The position numbers and the translations under genes are program-made. From Vicugna vicugna (taxonomy: Eukaryota): 64,000 bases of DNA. Shown here one piece after another: positions 53,239 through 64,000 of the stretch; position 1 is the first letter of the stretch, and each line of letters starts with the position of its first letter. The notes beneath the pieces are model-generated. The model was not told where the DNA came from. It was given only the letters and a program-made list of their open reading frames with translations, and ran no database searches. Location: the NCBI GenBank assembly GCA_013265495.1, contig MU058221.1, forward strand, positions 4,466,001 to 4,530,000, given 5' to 3'.

Positions 53239-54624
53239 GTAAAGTATTAAAGCATTTAATGACTTTTGATGCTTTTAGTTTTAGTTTCATATCGCATTGC
53301 TAACATGCCTTTTCACTCACAAGAACAGTGGCAAAGTCGTTTTCTATCAGGAAACGTAGTGGATGTGGAGAACACAATATTTCCCAGTTACTCCTCTTTA
53401 AGGAAACCTTGGACAGTAGTATAAAATCATAAAGGAGAACTTCCAGCGTCTGTACAGTGTCTTCTGATAATCTCTAGCTGGTAAAAAGAAGACATGATAG
53501 TGTTTTGGATGTTATTATAACTTTAATGAAAATTTCATCACTATTTCCCCAAATCTTTGAAGACCTTGATGAAGGGCAGTAAAACGGAAGTGGAACCAGT
53601 TAGAAAGACAACTGATGTGATTGGTGAGAGCTGTAGGATGGGGATTGCCTTGCAAGGACTAAGTGAATTGGAGCTCTGGGGAGAAATCACTGGGGCCTGG
53701 CTTTACATGAATGCCTGGAGATAATTAAACAGAAGAACCGAAGTGGGAGGAAATGTGGAGGACATACCCACAATAAAAATACCAGCAGAGCTGAGAATTC
53801 TCCGAGCTTTTCACTGAGAGGGTCCTTAGAGGCTTGTTAAATGTGTCAGTGCTCGTCTGCCTGTCAAGCTTCGGGCCAGAGTGCTAGAAATGACATGTTG
53901 AGGACAAGCTCTGTCCTGGAGGGCTTTAGGATCCTGAGGTGTGGGCTGATGGACAGCAAACACCCAAGCGCAGTGGGATGTGATAAGAGCTCTCTCATTG
54001 GTCATTTAAAGTCCAGAATAGTGGAGAACCAAGTAGAAGGGGTGCTTATCCCTGAAGGCCAGCGGGGATGGTCGGTGCGAGAAAAGCTGCCCGAGGGAAG
54101 GTGCTAAGCTCCGAGGCATGAGTGGAGAGGCAATAAGGCAGATAAGGTGGGGGAGCTGTGGACCTGAGGAGCCAGCTGGAGGGAGGCTCGTGTCGGGTTT
54201 GGGTGAGATCATTCTGAGAGAAGATCATATGATAAATTGTATGGCTTCAGTTAATTTGCTTTCTGTGAAGTAGAAGGAAAGAAGGAGATATTTTAAGTGG
54301 GGTCATGAAAGATCTGCTTGCCCTTTAACTCATTTGATATAAAGTGGGTTTCAAGAGCTTGAATTTAAAGGTGAGATTGCGTGCGCATCTGGGATGAAAG
54401 GAATGGCTGAAAAGGAGTAAGTTATGGGTTATGCTTGGTTGTAGCTGTAATTAAGCGAAGGATTCAACGGAAACTTAGGGATTGAAGGGAAATGTGGAGG
54501 AAAAGGGACATTCCCTTTGAGAGGAGAAGGGGGTTTATTCTGAGAGGAGGGTCGTTTTTCTGGATATCGATTTCTCAGAATGAGTTTAGAATGGAAATGT
54601 AACAATGAGGATTTCCTGGGAGAT

Positions 54625-54740
54625 GAAGAGAGGAAGGGAGGAAGGAAGGAAGGGAGGGAGGGAAGAAGGAAGGAAGGAAGGGAGGGAGGGAGGGAAGAAG
54701 GAAGGAAGGAGGGAAGGAGGCGGAGGAAGGGGGAGAGGAA
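54625..54740. repeat. (GGAA/GGGA)n polypurine tract
   Basis: About 115 nt of almost pure purine. Confidence 0.95.
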
Positions 54741-56437
54741 GTTAGAAACCTTACTTCCAGTAATGAAGGAAGACTGACTTATCAGTTGAGCCGGGCGTCC
54801 ACCACAGGGAAGTACTACAGGTGATCTACACCTTACGATCAAATGCTCCCCTCATTTCCCTCCCCTCCCACCCCTGCAGAAGCCGAACGTATGTGACTGT
54901 TAAGTTGAGTCACATCTTCCCACTGAGTTACAGAACTAGAAACGAGATGAAAGTACGGCGGCCTGCTGTTGAAGAACTCTCTCACCCAGAATGCAGCCCA
55001 GCTTTTCACAGGATGAAATAAAGGAAATAAATGTGCTTCCTGTTAAAGGAGGAATACTTGGGCCTCGTAAGAAAGTTGACCGCAGCTCAGCTGAAACACT
55101 GGGACCAAGCAGTGTGTGTTTCCTCTGGTTCTGGCCCCTGGTTTGGCCTCTTCTTTTACAGAAGGAAACAGTGCCTTTGCTGCTGTCCCCGGCCAATAAA
55201 TGAAAGAAACACATTTTATTTTTTGAGTTGGAAGATTTATTTCCTTTAGCTCTGAACTTTCCAGAATTCGTTTCTGAAAGTCTTATTCAACAGAGTATTT
55301 AGTCAGAAATGGAGGGTAATGACCCTCATGAATCCAAACCCTCTAGGGCAGTCCTTGCGCAGAGCTTAGGGCAGTAACTCTTGTAGAAACGGCAGAGCCC
55401 GCCAACTGTGCTGATAGGCAGGGAAGATGTCATTTATGGATGTTCCTCAGTTACTCATCGAAGCAGGTCTGCAGTGATGATTCTTTTATCTTCAAGCCGG
55501 CTACATCTGTTGTGTCAGAGAGACGCAGGGAGGGCCCTTGGGAGTTAACGCCGCGTTTCCCCTAGCACAGTTACCAGCCTCCTCCCCAGGGGGAGGGGAT
55601 GTGTGTGATGCTGCCTGGAGTTTGTTTCGGGGGGAGCAGAGGAGTGTGAGTGGCACTGAGAGCAGACAGTGGGACCCAGGGATTCCAGCAAAGCTCAAGT
55701 GTGTGAACATGGTGGGGACCTAGCCTTAGGGCTCCAGGTGTGGTCCCCAGGCCAGCGGCATCCGCATCTCCTGGAGCAGGTGAGACATGCCGAATCTCAG
55801 GCTCCGCCCCAGCCTGACCGACAGAATCCGCAGTTTAACCGGACGCCCAGGCGATTCACAGGCAGACTTAAGTGTCAGCAGCGCCGTCTCCAGAACTGGC
55901 AGTTACGAGTTAGTAACATACGTGCATCTCCATGGCTCATACGTACTGATCCTCAGTGCTCAGTGCAACAGCCCCTGCCATTCACTGAAAACTAGTTTAG
56001 TGTGAGTTACGCTGACAGCCGTCCAAGGTGTCACTCACTGAAAAGCATCGAGGTTGTCAGAACCAGGTGAGGGGGTTGAGGGGCGAGGCCGGAGTCAGGG
56101 GAGATGCAGAGCAACTGAGCAAGGAGGGTGGCGGCCCCCCACAAGCACCAGGGGGCTGGTAATACTTAACGTAATGAAGACTGAGTGCAGGGAGAGGAGG
56201 AGGCGTGCGAGGCACCACTAGGGGGGCTGGACATTTGGGCAGGAGTGCTGAGAAGGAATATGTCCGTGCCCAACAAGGGTGTGAAAATTTTCAGTTCAGA
56301 AGTGCTTGCCTTTGAGGCCGAGACATCTCGGGCAGTGTGGTCATTAGTCCTAGGGGTTAATATTTTGTCTCTTATGCCTAGCTCCTTTTTCCCCCAAAAA
56401 CCTCATTTTTCACAAAATTGACTTTGTTTCGATCCAG

Positions 56438-56694
56438 TGGCCTGCGGCTGAGACATTCTTACCCTCTCCGTCTAAACTGCCACGTACCAGCATTGGCAGA
56501 AGAGGCCTTTACGAGACCAGTGCCTCAGCTTACCCTGAGTACCACTTCCACGACCGGGAGGAAGTCGTTAAAGCCAACATTCAAAATCCCTTGCAAATCA
56601 TTAAAATAATACGTGAAAATGAGCACATCGGCTTTCTTTACATGATCTCTGCGGTGCCAAGATCGTCCATTGAATATGACACGTATAACCTGAA
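56438..56694 (+). CDS. DNAH6: DNAH6 coding exon 3 (5' boundary uncertain: 56438 or 56432)
   Basis: [85 protein letters not shown](K); AA|GTGAGT donor; nearest in-frame AG is at 56436-56437. Confidence 0.88.
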
Positions 56695-57628
56695 GTGAGT
56701 TCTCATTTACGAAGCAATTTATTCAACAGTGAAAGTTACAAATAGGATCGCAAATGTTATCCATAATTACTATGAGTATTAATGATAAATATGATAAAAT
56801 ATAGTTTGGGGTGTTATCCAATGACAAATGAATCTTAATCACAACAATTTTGTTTATTTTTTTGTTTATCTTTATTTATAGACATTTTATGAAGTAGTAC
56901 ACTGTGGTGCTTCTTGTATGTTTATATTATGTAATGTCATTTATTTTTAATAAGTATTACGAACGTGTTTTGCACATCTCAGTGATCACTGAGAAAAGAA
57001 GATGGCAATGTGTAAAAGTAGATGATGCATAATTTTTTTTACATATTATCTCAGCTTTCCTTAGATTAGAAATAAGGATTTTTTTTAACAATTAAATGAG
57101 TGATTACTTGGTTTATTTATATAGATTAATAATACGCACATGCATACACACACACTCACGTATGCTCTCTGTTGTTGCTAAAAATACATTTGTTGTTGCA
57201 ATAATTTGAAGAGTCGCCCAAATGTGAGTCTGCCAGTTGCTTTAAGGTTCAGCACAACAGGTGGTCAGACTTAGAGATGAGACTGACTTTCCTCTAGGGC
57301 TGCTCCCCTGGGTTGACTACAGTTGTTAAGACGGTCTTTTCTTGAAGGTGATTGTAGTTGAGCTTTGCCACCAAATTCTCTGAGCTTCTGTCCCCCTTCT
57401 CTGCTGCACAGGAAGATAGAAGTTCCTTCTAGGAATTCTCTTGTTCTCCCTTACTCATTGCTGTAGTTTTGATCGAGTCAGATAACACTGAAAACAGCTC
57501 TCTTGCTGGGGAAAAATGAGGAGAGAAGAAAAACCTTTTAAGCAAAGATGTAAATGATAGATCTGAAAGAGCTTAACACGAGTGGAAAATCGTTTCTAGA
57601 AGGAACAGAGATGCTTGGGAAAATCCAA

Positions 57629-58550
57629 CCATTCAGCAGAATGTACTGAGCACCCACTCTGTAGCATGAGTGCTTCTAGGTGCTAGAAATGTATTAGTTA
57701 AAATTTTTAATTAAAATTGCTGCCCTCAGGGAGCTTACATTTTAGCAGAGGGAGACGATAATAACTACAATACAGAAGTAAATTATATAGAGTGCCAGAA
57801 TGTGCTAGGTATTACAGAAAAAATAGGAGTGGAACAAAAGGGATTGGGAGGTGTGGGAAAGAGGTGGTGTATAAACTGGGGTGGTTAAGGTGAGCCCCAC
57901 TGAGAAGCTGGCATTGGGACAGAGACTTGAAGGAGGAGTGAATTACATGCTGATGGGGAGAGGGCAGAAGAGCATTCCAGACAGCAGGGAAGTGAACACG
58001 AACACCCCAAGGCAGGGACACACCGGGCGTGTTCAAGAAGCGAACAGGAGGCGGGTGTGACTGCTGTAGAGTGACAGAGGACAGGCCATGGCGGGCCTCG
58101 CCAACTGTCATAAAAACATGAACATTTAGTGTGAGAAAAACAGAGAAACAAGGAAGGATTTTGAGCAGAGAAATGCCAGGATCTGTATTACATTCGGAAG
58201 AGGACCTCTCTGGTTGCTGTGTAGAGACTTTTGAGGAGCAACATTGGAATGGGAAGACCAGTTAGAAGCCTGTTCAGGTAAGAGATGGACCAGGTGGTGG
58301 TGGTGGAGGTGGTAAGAAGTGGGTCAGATCCTGGAAATAATTTGGAGGTTAAGCCAATGGGATGTTTTTATGGATTGGATACAAGATGGACAGCCAGAGA
58401 GGTGCCCAGGATGACTTCAGGGATCCATTTGACTGAGCAAGAGGAAGGGTGAAGTTGCTGTTAACTAAGATACAGAAGATTGGATGGAACATTCTTCAGG
58501 GAAAAACACAAGTTTGGATTTAGACATACTACCTTGGGGATGCTGAAGAC
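57629..58550 (-). mobile_element. LINE2 (L2) 3' portion
   Basis: CATTCAGCAGAATGTACTGAGCAC tail followed by a purine-rich L2 antisense body. Confidence 0.7.
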
Positions 58551-58645
58551 AGAGGAGAAGCAGGGTGGCAGATGAAGGGAGAACTGAGATCAAGGGTGAG
58601 GTTTTTTGTTTTTTTTTTTAAGATGAGATGAATAGCTTGTGTTAT

Positions 58646-58975
58646 TTTGTTTTTGTTTTTTTTATTGAGGTATAGTCAGTTTAGAATGTGTCAATTTCTG
58701 GTGTACAGCACAATTCTTCAGTCGTACATGAACATACATATATTCATTTTCATATTCTTTTTCACTGTAAGCTACTACAAGATACTGAATATATTTCCCT
58801 GTGCTATACAGTATAAACTCGTTTATCTATTTTGTATGTATCAGTCAGTATCTGCAGATCTCGAACTCCCAGCTTATCCCTGCCCACCCCTTCCCCCACT
58901 GGTAACCGTATGTGTGTTTTCTATGTCTGTGAGTCTGTTTCTGTTTTGTGAAGAAGTTCATTTGTCTTTTTTCAA
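58646..58975 (-). mobile_element. L1 3' end, same family as 49623-50231
   Basis: Highly similar to 49623-49950 (TGAGGTATAGTCA...CACTGTAAGCTACTACAAGATA). Confidence 0.85.
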
Positions 58976-59448
58976 TCTAGGTTTTGATTCTGATCTCATC
59001 TAGTTCATATTTTCTTGCTTTAATCTTTCTCATAATTCTGTCAAACTGAGTAGTGTAAAGCTCTTTTACACTATTATTGAATAGTTTCCAAAGGGTCAGT
59101 GATAAATAAAAACTTATTTCCAGGTAGCTTCCCTATAGGGCTATTATGTTTTAAAATCCATAATTGTTTTTGTAAAACAAATAATCACATAACTGAAACT
59201 ATCCAACATATTGCCAACATTGTGAAAGCCTTAAGAGCTATCATAAGTCCAACTGGGGTTAAAAAATTAGCTCCCCTTTCTTTTCTTGAATAATTTATTC
59301 AGTCTAAAGGCAGTTGTTAGGATTTTTAAAATTTTAGAATACTTGTTTCCCAGAAATGTTTTATCTTTTTGAAACAAAAAAGTAATGCAATTACTTAATT
59401 TTGTAGTGAATATTGTATTCACTTGCCCCAATTTTTGTTTGTTCATAG

Positions 59449-59716
59449 GGTTGTAAATTATGAGAACATTAATAAAAATGACTACTATACTATTAGCAAA
59501 AAGGCAGTAACACATGTTCATAATGACGACGTTGAATTTATTGAAATTGGTCGATGGGAACAGGAATACCTGTATCACAGAGAACTCACTAAGATTCCCA
59601 TATTCTCGCTTTTCCGGAAATGGAAGGCTTTCAACGTGTGGAAGAAGAACGTCCGTTCCAAAAAAATCACCGAATGTCGAAAATCTCTACAAAAAGATTT
59701 GTTCATTGTGAATCAT
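59449..59716 (+). CDS. DNAH6: DNAH6 coding exon 4
   Basis: (K)VVNYENINKNDYYTISKKAVTHVHNDDVEFIEIGRWEQEYLYHRELTKIPIFSLFRKWKAFNVWKKNVRSKKITECRKSLQKDLFIVNH; catAG / GTACGT boundaries; 268 nt. Confidence 0.95.
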
Positions 59717-60000
59717 GTACGTATTTATTAATCCTGTTTTAAAAGAATTATTCACAGAAGAACAAAGTGTTGCTATAAACTCCCTGAAATAGAATAATTC
59801 ACCTTTTAAGAGAATTCATAGTTTTTATCCTGTCTGCCATTTAAGATTCTGGGCAGTCTAGTGTGTTTCTACATTTTAACTAGCGTTGCAAAATATAAAA
59901 CTATAACAAGATTGTTGCACAGGTCCCCTTAAATTAGAAGCAGCCTGAGAAGTTTGGATTTATGACCCCCTTTATTGCTGATCAGGAAAGTTGTATATCC

Positions 60001-60091
60001 TTTTTTTTTTTTAATGGAGGTACTGGGGATTGAACCCAGGATCTCGTGTGTGCTAAGTGTGCATTCTACCACTGAGCTGTTCCCATTCCCC
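60001..60091 (-). mobile_element. tRNA-derived SINE (short form)
   Basis: polyT followed by reverse-complement B and A boxes; TSD TGTA(T/C)ATCCTTTT on both sides. Confidence 0.88.
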
Positions 60092-61074
60092 TGTACATCC
60101 TTTTGAACAGAGCAGTCTGGCAACTCCTATTTCTTCTTCTCATCTCTGAGACACTCTGGACTTCATAGTCCAAAATAATTTGGGGGCTTTTTTTCATGAA
60201 CCAATACCTCCCAATGCATCATATGTTTTCCTTTCTGCTGTGGATTCCAACAGTAGGGAAATTTTTAGTATTTACTTTGGAGGAGGGGGTAATCATGGAA
60301 AAAGGACTGTTGAAGGGTGTGTGGCCATATTTAAAATCTCTACCCACTCCTTGCATTTCCACTTTCAATAGAAGTTTTCTCCCTGGCTCCTGGGAATCAA
60401 CTGCCATCACCATTCCTGTCAGAGTTCTCAGCTGTCTATTTTTATGACACTGAGTCACTGCCCTCTCAAATCAGAAGCCTCAAGTTTGCTTTTTACTGAT
60501 CATTTCCTTCACTTTGCATATGGTAATCCGAAAGATCATTATCAAGACATCAGTTGCATCATAAAAAGAATATTGAAGGAATACGGCTAGCATAGATATG
60601 AGTGCAAGGCAGGTGTGTAAGGTGCACCACCTCAGGCCCTCCATTCCATCAGGCATTCTGAGCTGTGGGAACCATTCTCATCCTTCCCGGTATCAAACTC
60701 AACCCCTAGACCTCTGACCTCATTCAGGGTCTGTCAATCATTTGAACCTACTTTACTACCTTTTTACCACTCCTCATCTTTTACCGTGTCTTGGACACTC
60801 TACAGTTTATAAATTTATTACTAGGTAGGTAAAATAGTTCTCCCTGCATTAGTCTCTGAAATTACCTCTGTCCGTCCTCAAGGGTTGTTCTATTATGTGC
60901 TGGGATCTGCCATTCTCTCTGCCTGCCATCCATCCTGGTAGTCCTTTGGCCTTGACAACATCTTCTCTTTAATGTAGCCCTAAGAGACCAGAAAGTTCTC
61001 ATCATTTTAATCACATACATATTCTACTATATATATATATATATAGAATATATGTAAATTTTAAATGTATACAT

Positions 61075-61520
61075 AAGAAGTTTATGTATGTTCTAGATAG
61101 CGACACAGTTGACTTTTGTGCATTGAGCTTGTTTCCTGCAACCTTGTAGAATTCATCGTGGACTCTGGCAGTGTGGTTCTTGTGCATGTGTTTGTGTATT
61201 CCTTAGCATAATCTACGAACAAGAATATGCCATCAGCAAGTAGGTGCAGATACGGTGTTACTCCTCCTTTATCATCTGGATGACCCTTGTTTAATTTTCT
61301 TGCCTAAGTCCCCCGGCTAGAACCCTCTGAACAGAAAGTGCAAGAGCAGAAATCCTTGCCTTGTCCCTGATTTGAGCGGGAAAGTTTTCAGTCCTTCATG
61401 TTAAAGTCTGACGTGAAGAGGAGGGTGCTTTCTGTTCCTGGTTTGTTGAATGTTCTTATCACAAAGCCACGATGAGTCTGTCGGATGCTTGTTCTGCATC
61501 TGTTCGCATCATCATGGTCT
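61075..61520 (-). mobile_element. Old L1 ORF2 fragment
   Basis: GGCTAGAACC...ATCCTTGCCTTGTCCCTGATTTGAGCGGGAAAGTTTTCAGT, antisense RT-region motifs. Confidence 0.7.
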
Positions 61521-62337
61521 CTTCGTGGGGGACTCTGCTGATTAGAACTTCCCTTTATTTGTACTTAGAATAAATAATTAAAGTGCTGTTTCATGTCAGT
61601 CTGAATGGCTTTTGTTTGTCCTGTTTTGGAAACTCCTAGAAAAGAGTCCAAGAGTGTGCTGTGTATAAAACTTCAGCCAGGGTCACATACGAATAAAATT
61701 AACTTTTTTATATAATGTAACAGCGCCTCCATTGATTAGATTAAGAGAAGTGAGGTTGAGTGGCCTTGGAACGTGTGCTTTGAAAACCAGCAGCCTAGGA
61801 CTCCGATTTGTGACGGTGGCATAGAGGAAGACGAAGTTAATACTGCGTGGCGTAATTCCACAAATACTTCCACTCATTCTCCCAGCCCACGTTGCAAGAC
61901 AGGTTCTTAATAGTGACCAGATTTTCTTTCCAGGTCGTAGCCTCTTAGCTTAGTAGACGGGCCCCTCCATTACATGCTGACTGGACACTGTACAGTCCTA
62001 AGCTAACACTGAGAATCAGTAGCTTTAGCCAAACCTAGCAATTTAAGATACTGTCCAGTCCTCTGTTACTTGCCCTCCGTTTCACAGCTAAAAGACGTGT
62101 ATGCAAAAGGAAAAGAAAGGATTCAAATTAAATCTGATCAGAGAACACTTGTAGAACAAAATTTCAAAAGTGTCCTTTTTCAATGTATGCACTTTGTATC
62201 TGTAACTGAAGTTAACATAAAGAGCTATTTATTTCCCTTAATTGCCATTCTTGCTTTCCAAATATTTTTATACTTGAAAAAGAAGGGTTTGAGCTTTTTT
62301 TTTTACTAAATAATGATAAATTTCTATTTTCATTCAG

Positions 62338-62472
62338 AATTTGCGACCAGCTCTTCTCAAAATAAATGAATTATGCTATCATCTGAGTTTTATGGGACTT
62401 TGTTATATTGAAAAATGTCACACCTACACCCTGGAAGAATTTAAAACTGCGCAAGTCGTAAAGCTGGAAGAG
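62338..62472 (+). CDS. DNAH6: DNAH6 coding exon 5
   Basis: NLRPALLKINELCYHLSFMGLCYIEKCHTYTLEEFKTAQVVKLEE; ttcAG / GTGAGG boundaries; 135 nt. Confidence 0.95.
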
Positions 62473-62557
62473 GTGAGGAGTTTTGTGTGTAAGTTTCAAG
62501 ATTTTTTTCCTGTTAATACTTTGATGGCACTAATGATGCATATTCGCCGATGTCTAG

Positions 62558-62678
62558 GTGGCAGAGCGTCTAGAAGAATTTCGAAACGTGGCGAAAGATG
62601 TGGTGAGGAAGGCCTGTCGAGTTGCTCTGCACGCTGCAGGATTTGTTCCTGATGACTGTGCACGTGAATATGCTGAGG
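62558..62678 (+). CDS. DNAH6: DNAH6 coding exon 6
   Basis: VAERLEEFRNVAKDVVRKACRVALHAAGFVPDDCAREYAE(G); ctAG / GTATGA boundaries; 121 nt; follows an 85-nt intron. Confidence 0.92.
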
Positions 62679-63346
62679 GTATGAAGGGGACAGAACTTCA
62701 GGAGATCAGAAGTGGTGGCTTTCTGAAACAGGAACTCTTGGTCATGCTACTTTCCTGAAGTTTAAATCATGACCCTAGATTTCAATTCTTCTGAACTTGC
62801 ACTTGATGGATGATAGGCCTGATGTGTATCGTAGAGGGAGGAAAAAACAGTAAACACCGTGTCTTCCCTGCATTATCCCTGCTTGTGTATAGTATTTCTC
62901 AGCTGCTTACAGAACCTCTCTCTCACGTGCGTTCTACAGTGAACTCAGGGCCTCTCTGTTTAAATGTAAGTCCAACCCACTGGTACAGACGGTAGGTTTG
63001 TTAAAATGAAGGGGCTGGATGGAGCTCAGGATTGGCCCCAGCTGCAGGGTATCTGAAGGATAACATTTTGCAGGCTGAAAAGGAGGATGAAGGTGTTCCT
63101 AGAAAGAGGTGGCAGGTGACAGAGATCAGATCCTCTTAGAGAGGATGTTAATAAGCTGTCTAGAGTCTGCAGTTGAGTTGAAATGCTTTGATGTGGAATT
63201 CTTTGGGGTAACTGGCCTGTTCCCTGGAGTTTGAAATATCTCCTAAACCAAAGCATTTAGTCATTTTACTTGTCTCTTGAGCCATATTAAAAGGAACGGG
63301 ATTTTTACACAGGAGTTCTTATCTCTGTGTCTTCTGTTGCTCTTAG

Positions 63347-63464
63347 GTTATGGTAAAATACCAGGGAGTGGAAGTTTCATTGAGTTTTCTGCTCCTGGAG
63401 ACACCAAGAAAATGACGTACACCGAACAGGCCAGCAAAAGGCACCACTGCACGAGGCTGACACG
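63347..63464 (+). CDS. DNAH6: DNAH6 coding exon 7 (gene continues beyond the window)
   Basis: (G)YGKIPGSGSFIEFSAPGDTKKMTYTEQASKRHHCTRLT; cttAG / GTAAGG boundaries; 118 nt; phase matches the previous exon. Confidence 0.92.
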
Positions 63465-64000
63465 GTAAGGGGTGGTTCGTTCTTTCAAGAAGACCAGAGC
63501 ATTCATCCTTCTCACGTTTCATTACAAGTTAGAGGCTTCATCACAGGATTCGCTAATAGTGATGAGGGATGTGGGGGACGCCGGAACCTGAATGCAGGCC
63601 CCAGAAGCCCACGCCTCCAGCTGCCATCCCGGGGGCATGTCCAAGGCCAAGAGCGCCTCTCTGATCACCAAGCTTTGTTCCCCTCTAGCCCAGCCAGGAG
63701 CACAGGGCAGGCTGTAGTAAGGAGAAGTCAGGCCCAGAGATTCATGGGCCTAGAGGACCTGTTCGGCCTGTTTGGTCCCTAAAGAACTACAGGCAGCTGC
63801 GTGGCCACAAAAGTTCTACTCACTTCAAGAGGTGGGTTTTGCCACCAGGAGACTGGGGAGGAGAGTCTGCCTTCCAGGACCACCCCCCCAGGGGACCCTC
63901 CAGCTGCCTACCCAGCTGAATCTTGCAGTTGTTCCAGAGTTTGGGTTTCACATCATTCTAAAAACTCAATCCCTGCAAATAACTCTTGCACGCAGAATCA

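Noticed and set aside
56145..56228. Two CTCF-like motifs (GCACCAGGGGGCTG, CCACTAGGGGGGCT)
   Set aside because: Each deviates from the core consensus and lies in G-rich sequence; not supportable from sequence alone.

Overview
This is mammalian genomic DNA, most likely camelid (alpaca/camel), inferred from eight copies of a tRNA-Ala-like SINE resembling Vic-1. It contains two divergently transcribed genes. SUCLG1 (succinyl-CoA ligase alpha subunit) is complete on the minus strand: 9 coding exons, CDS 37014->7844, 1041 nt = 346 aa + stop, all introns GT-AG. The 5' part of DNAH6 (axonemal dynein heavy chain 6) is on the plus strand: a non-coding exon 1 ending at 47721 plus 7 coding exons at 48977-63464, and the gene continues past the window. 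The rest is intron/intergenic DNA with L1, L2, MIR, MER/Tigger, LTR and SINE remnants, tandem repeats and a 483-N gap. I found no evidence of a new biological system. The most notable oddities are a lost/shifted DNAH6 splice acceptor, an apparently exact 364-bp tandem duplication, a competing frameshifting donor in SUCLG1 exon 2, unusually CpG-rich old repeats (possible GC-biased gene conversion) and two SINEs sharing a 3' flank. Repeat family names and human comparisons come from recall, not from a database search.
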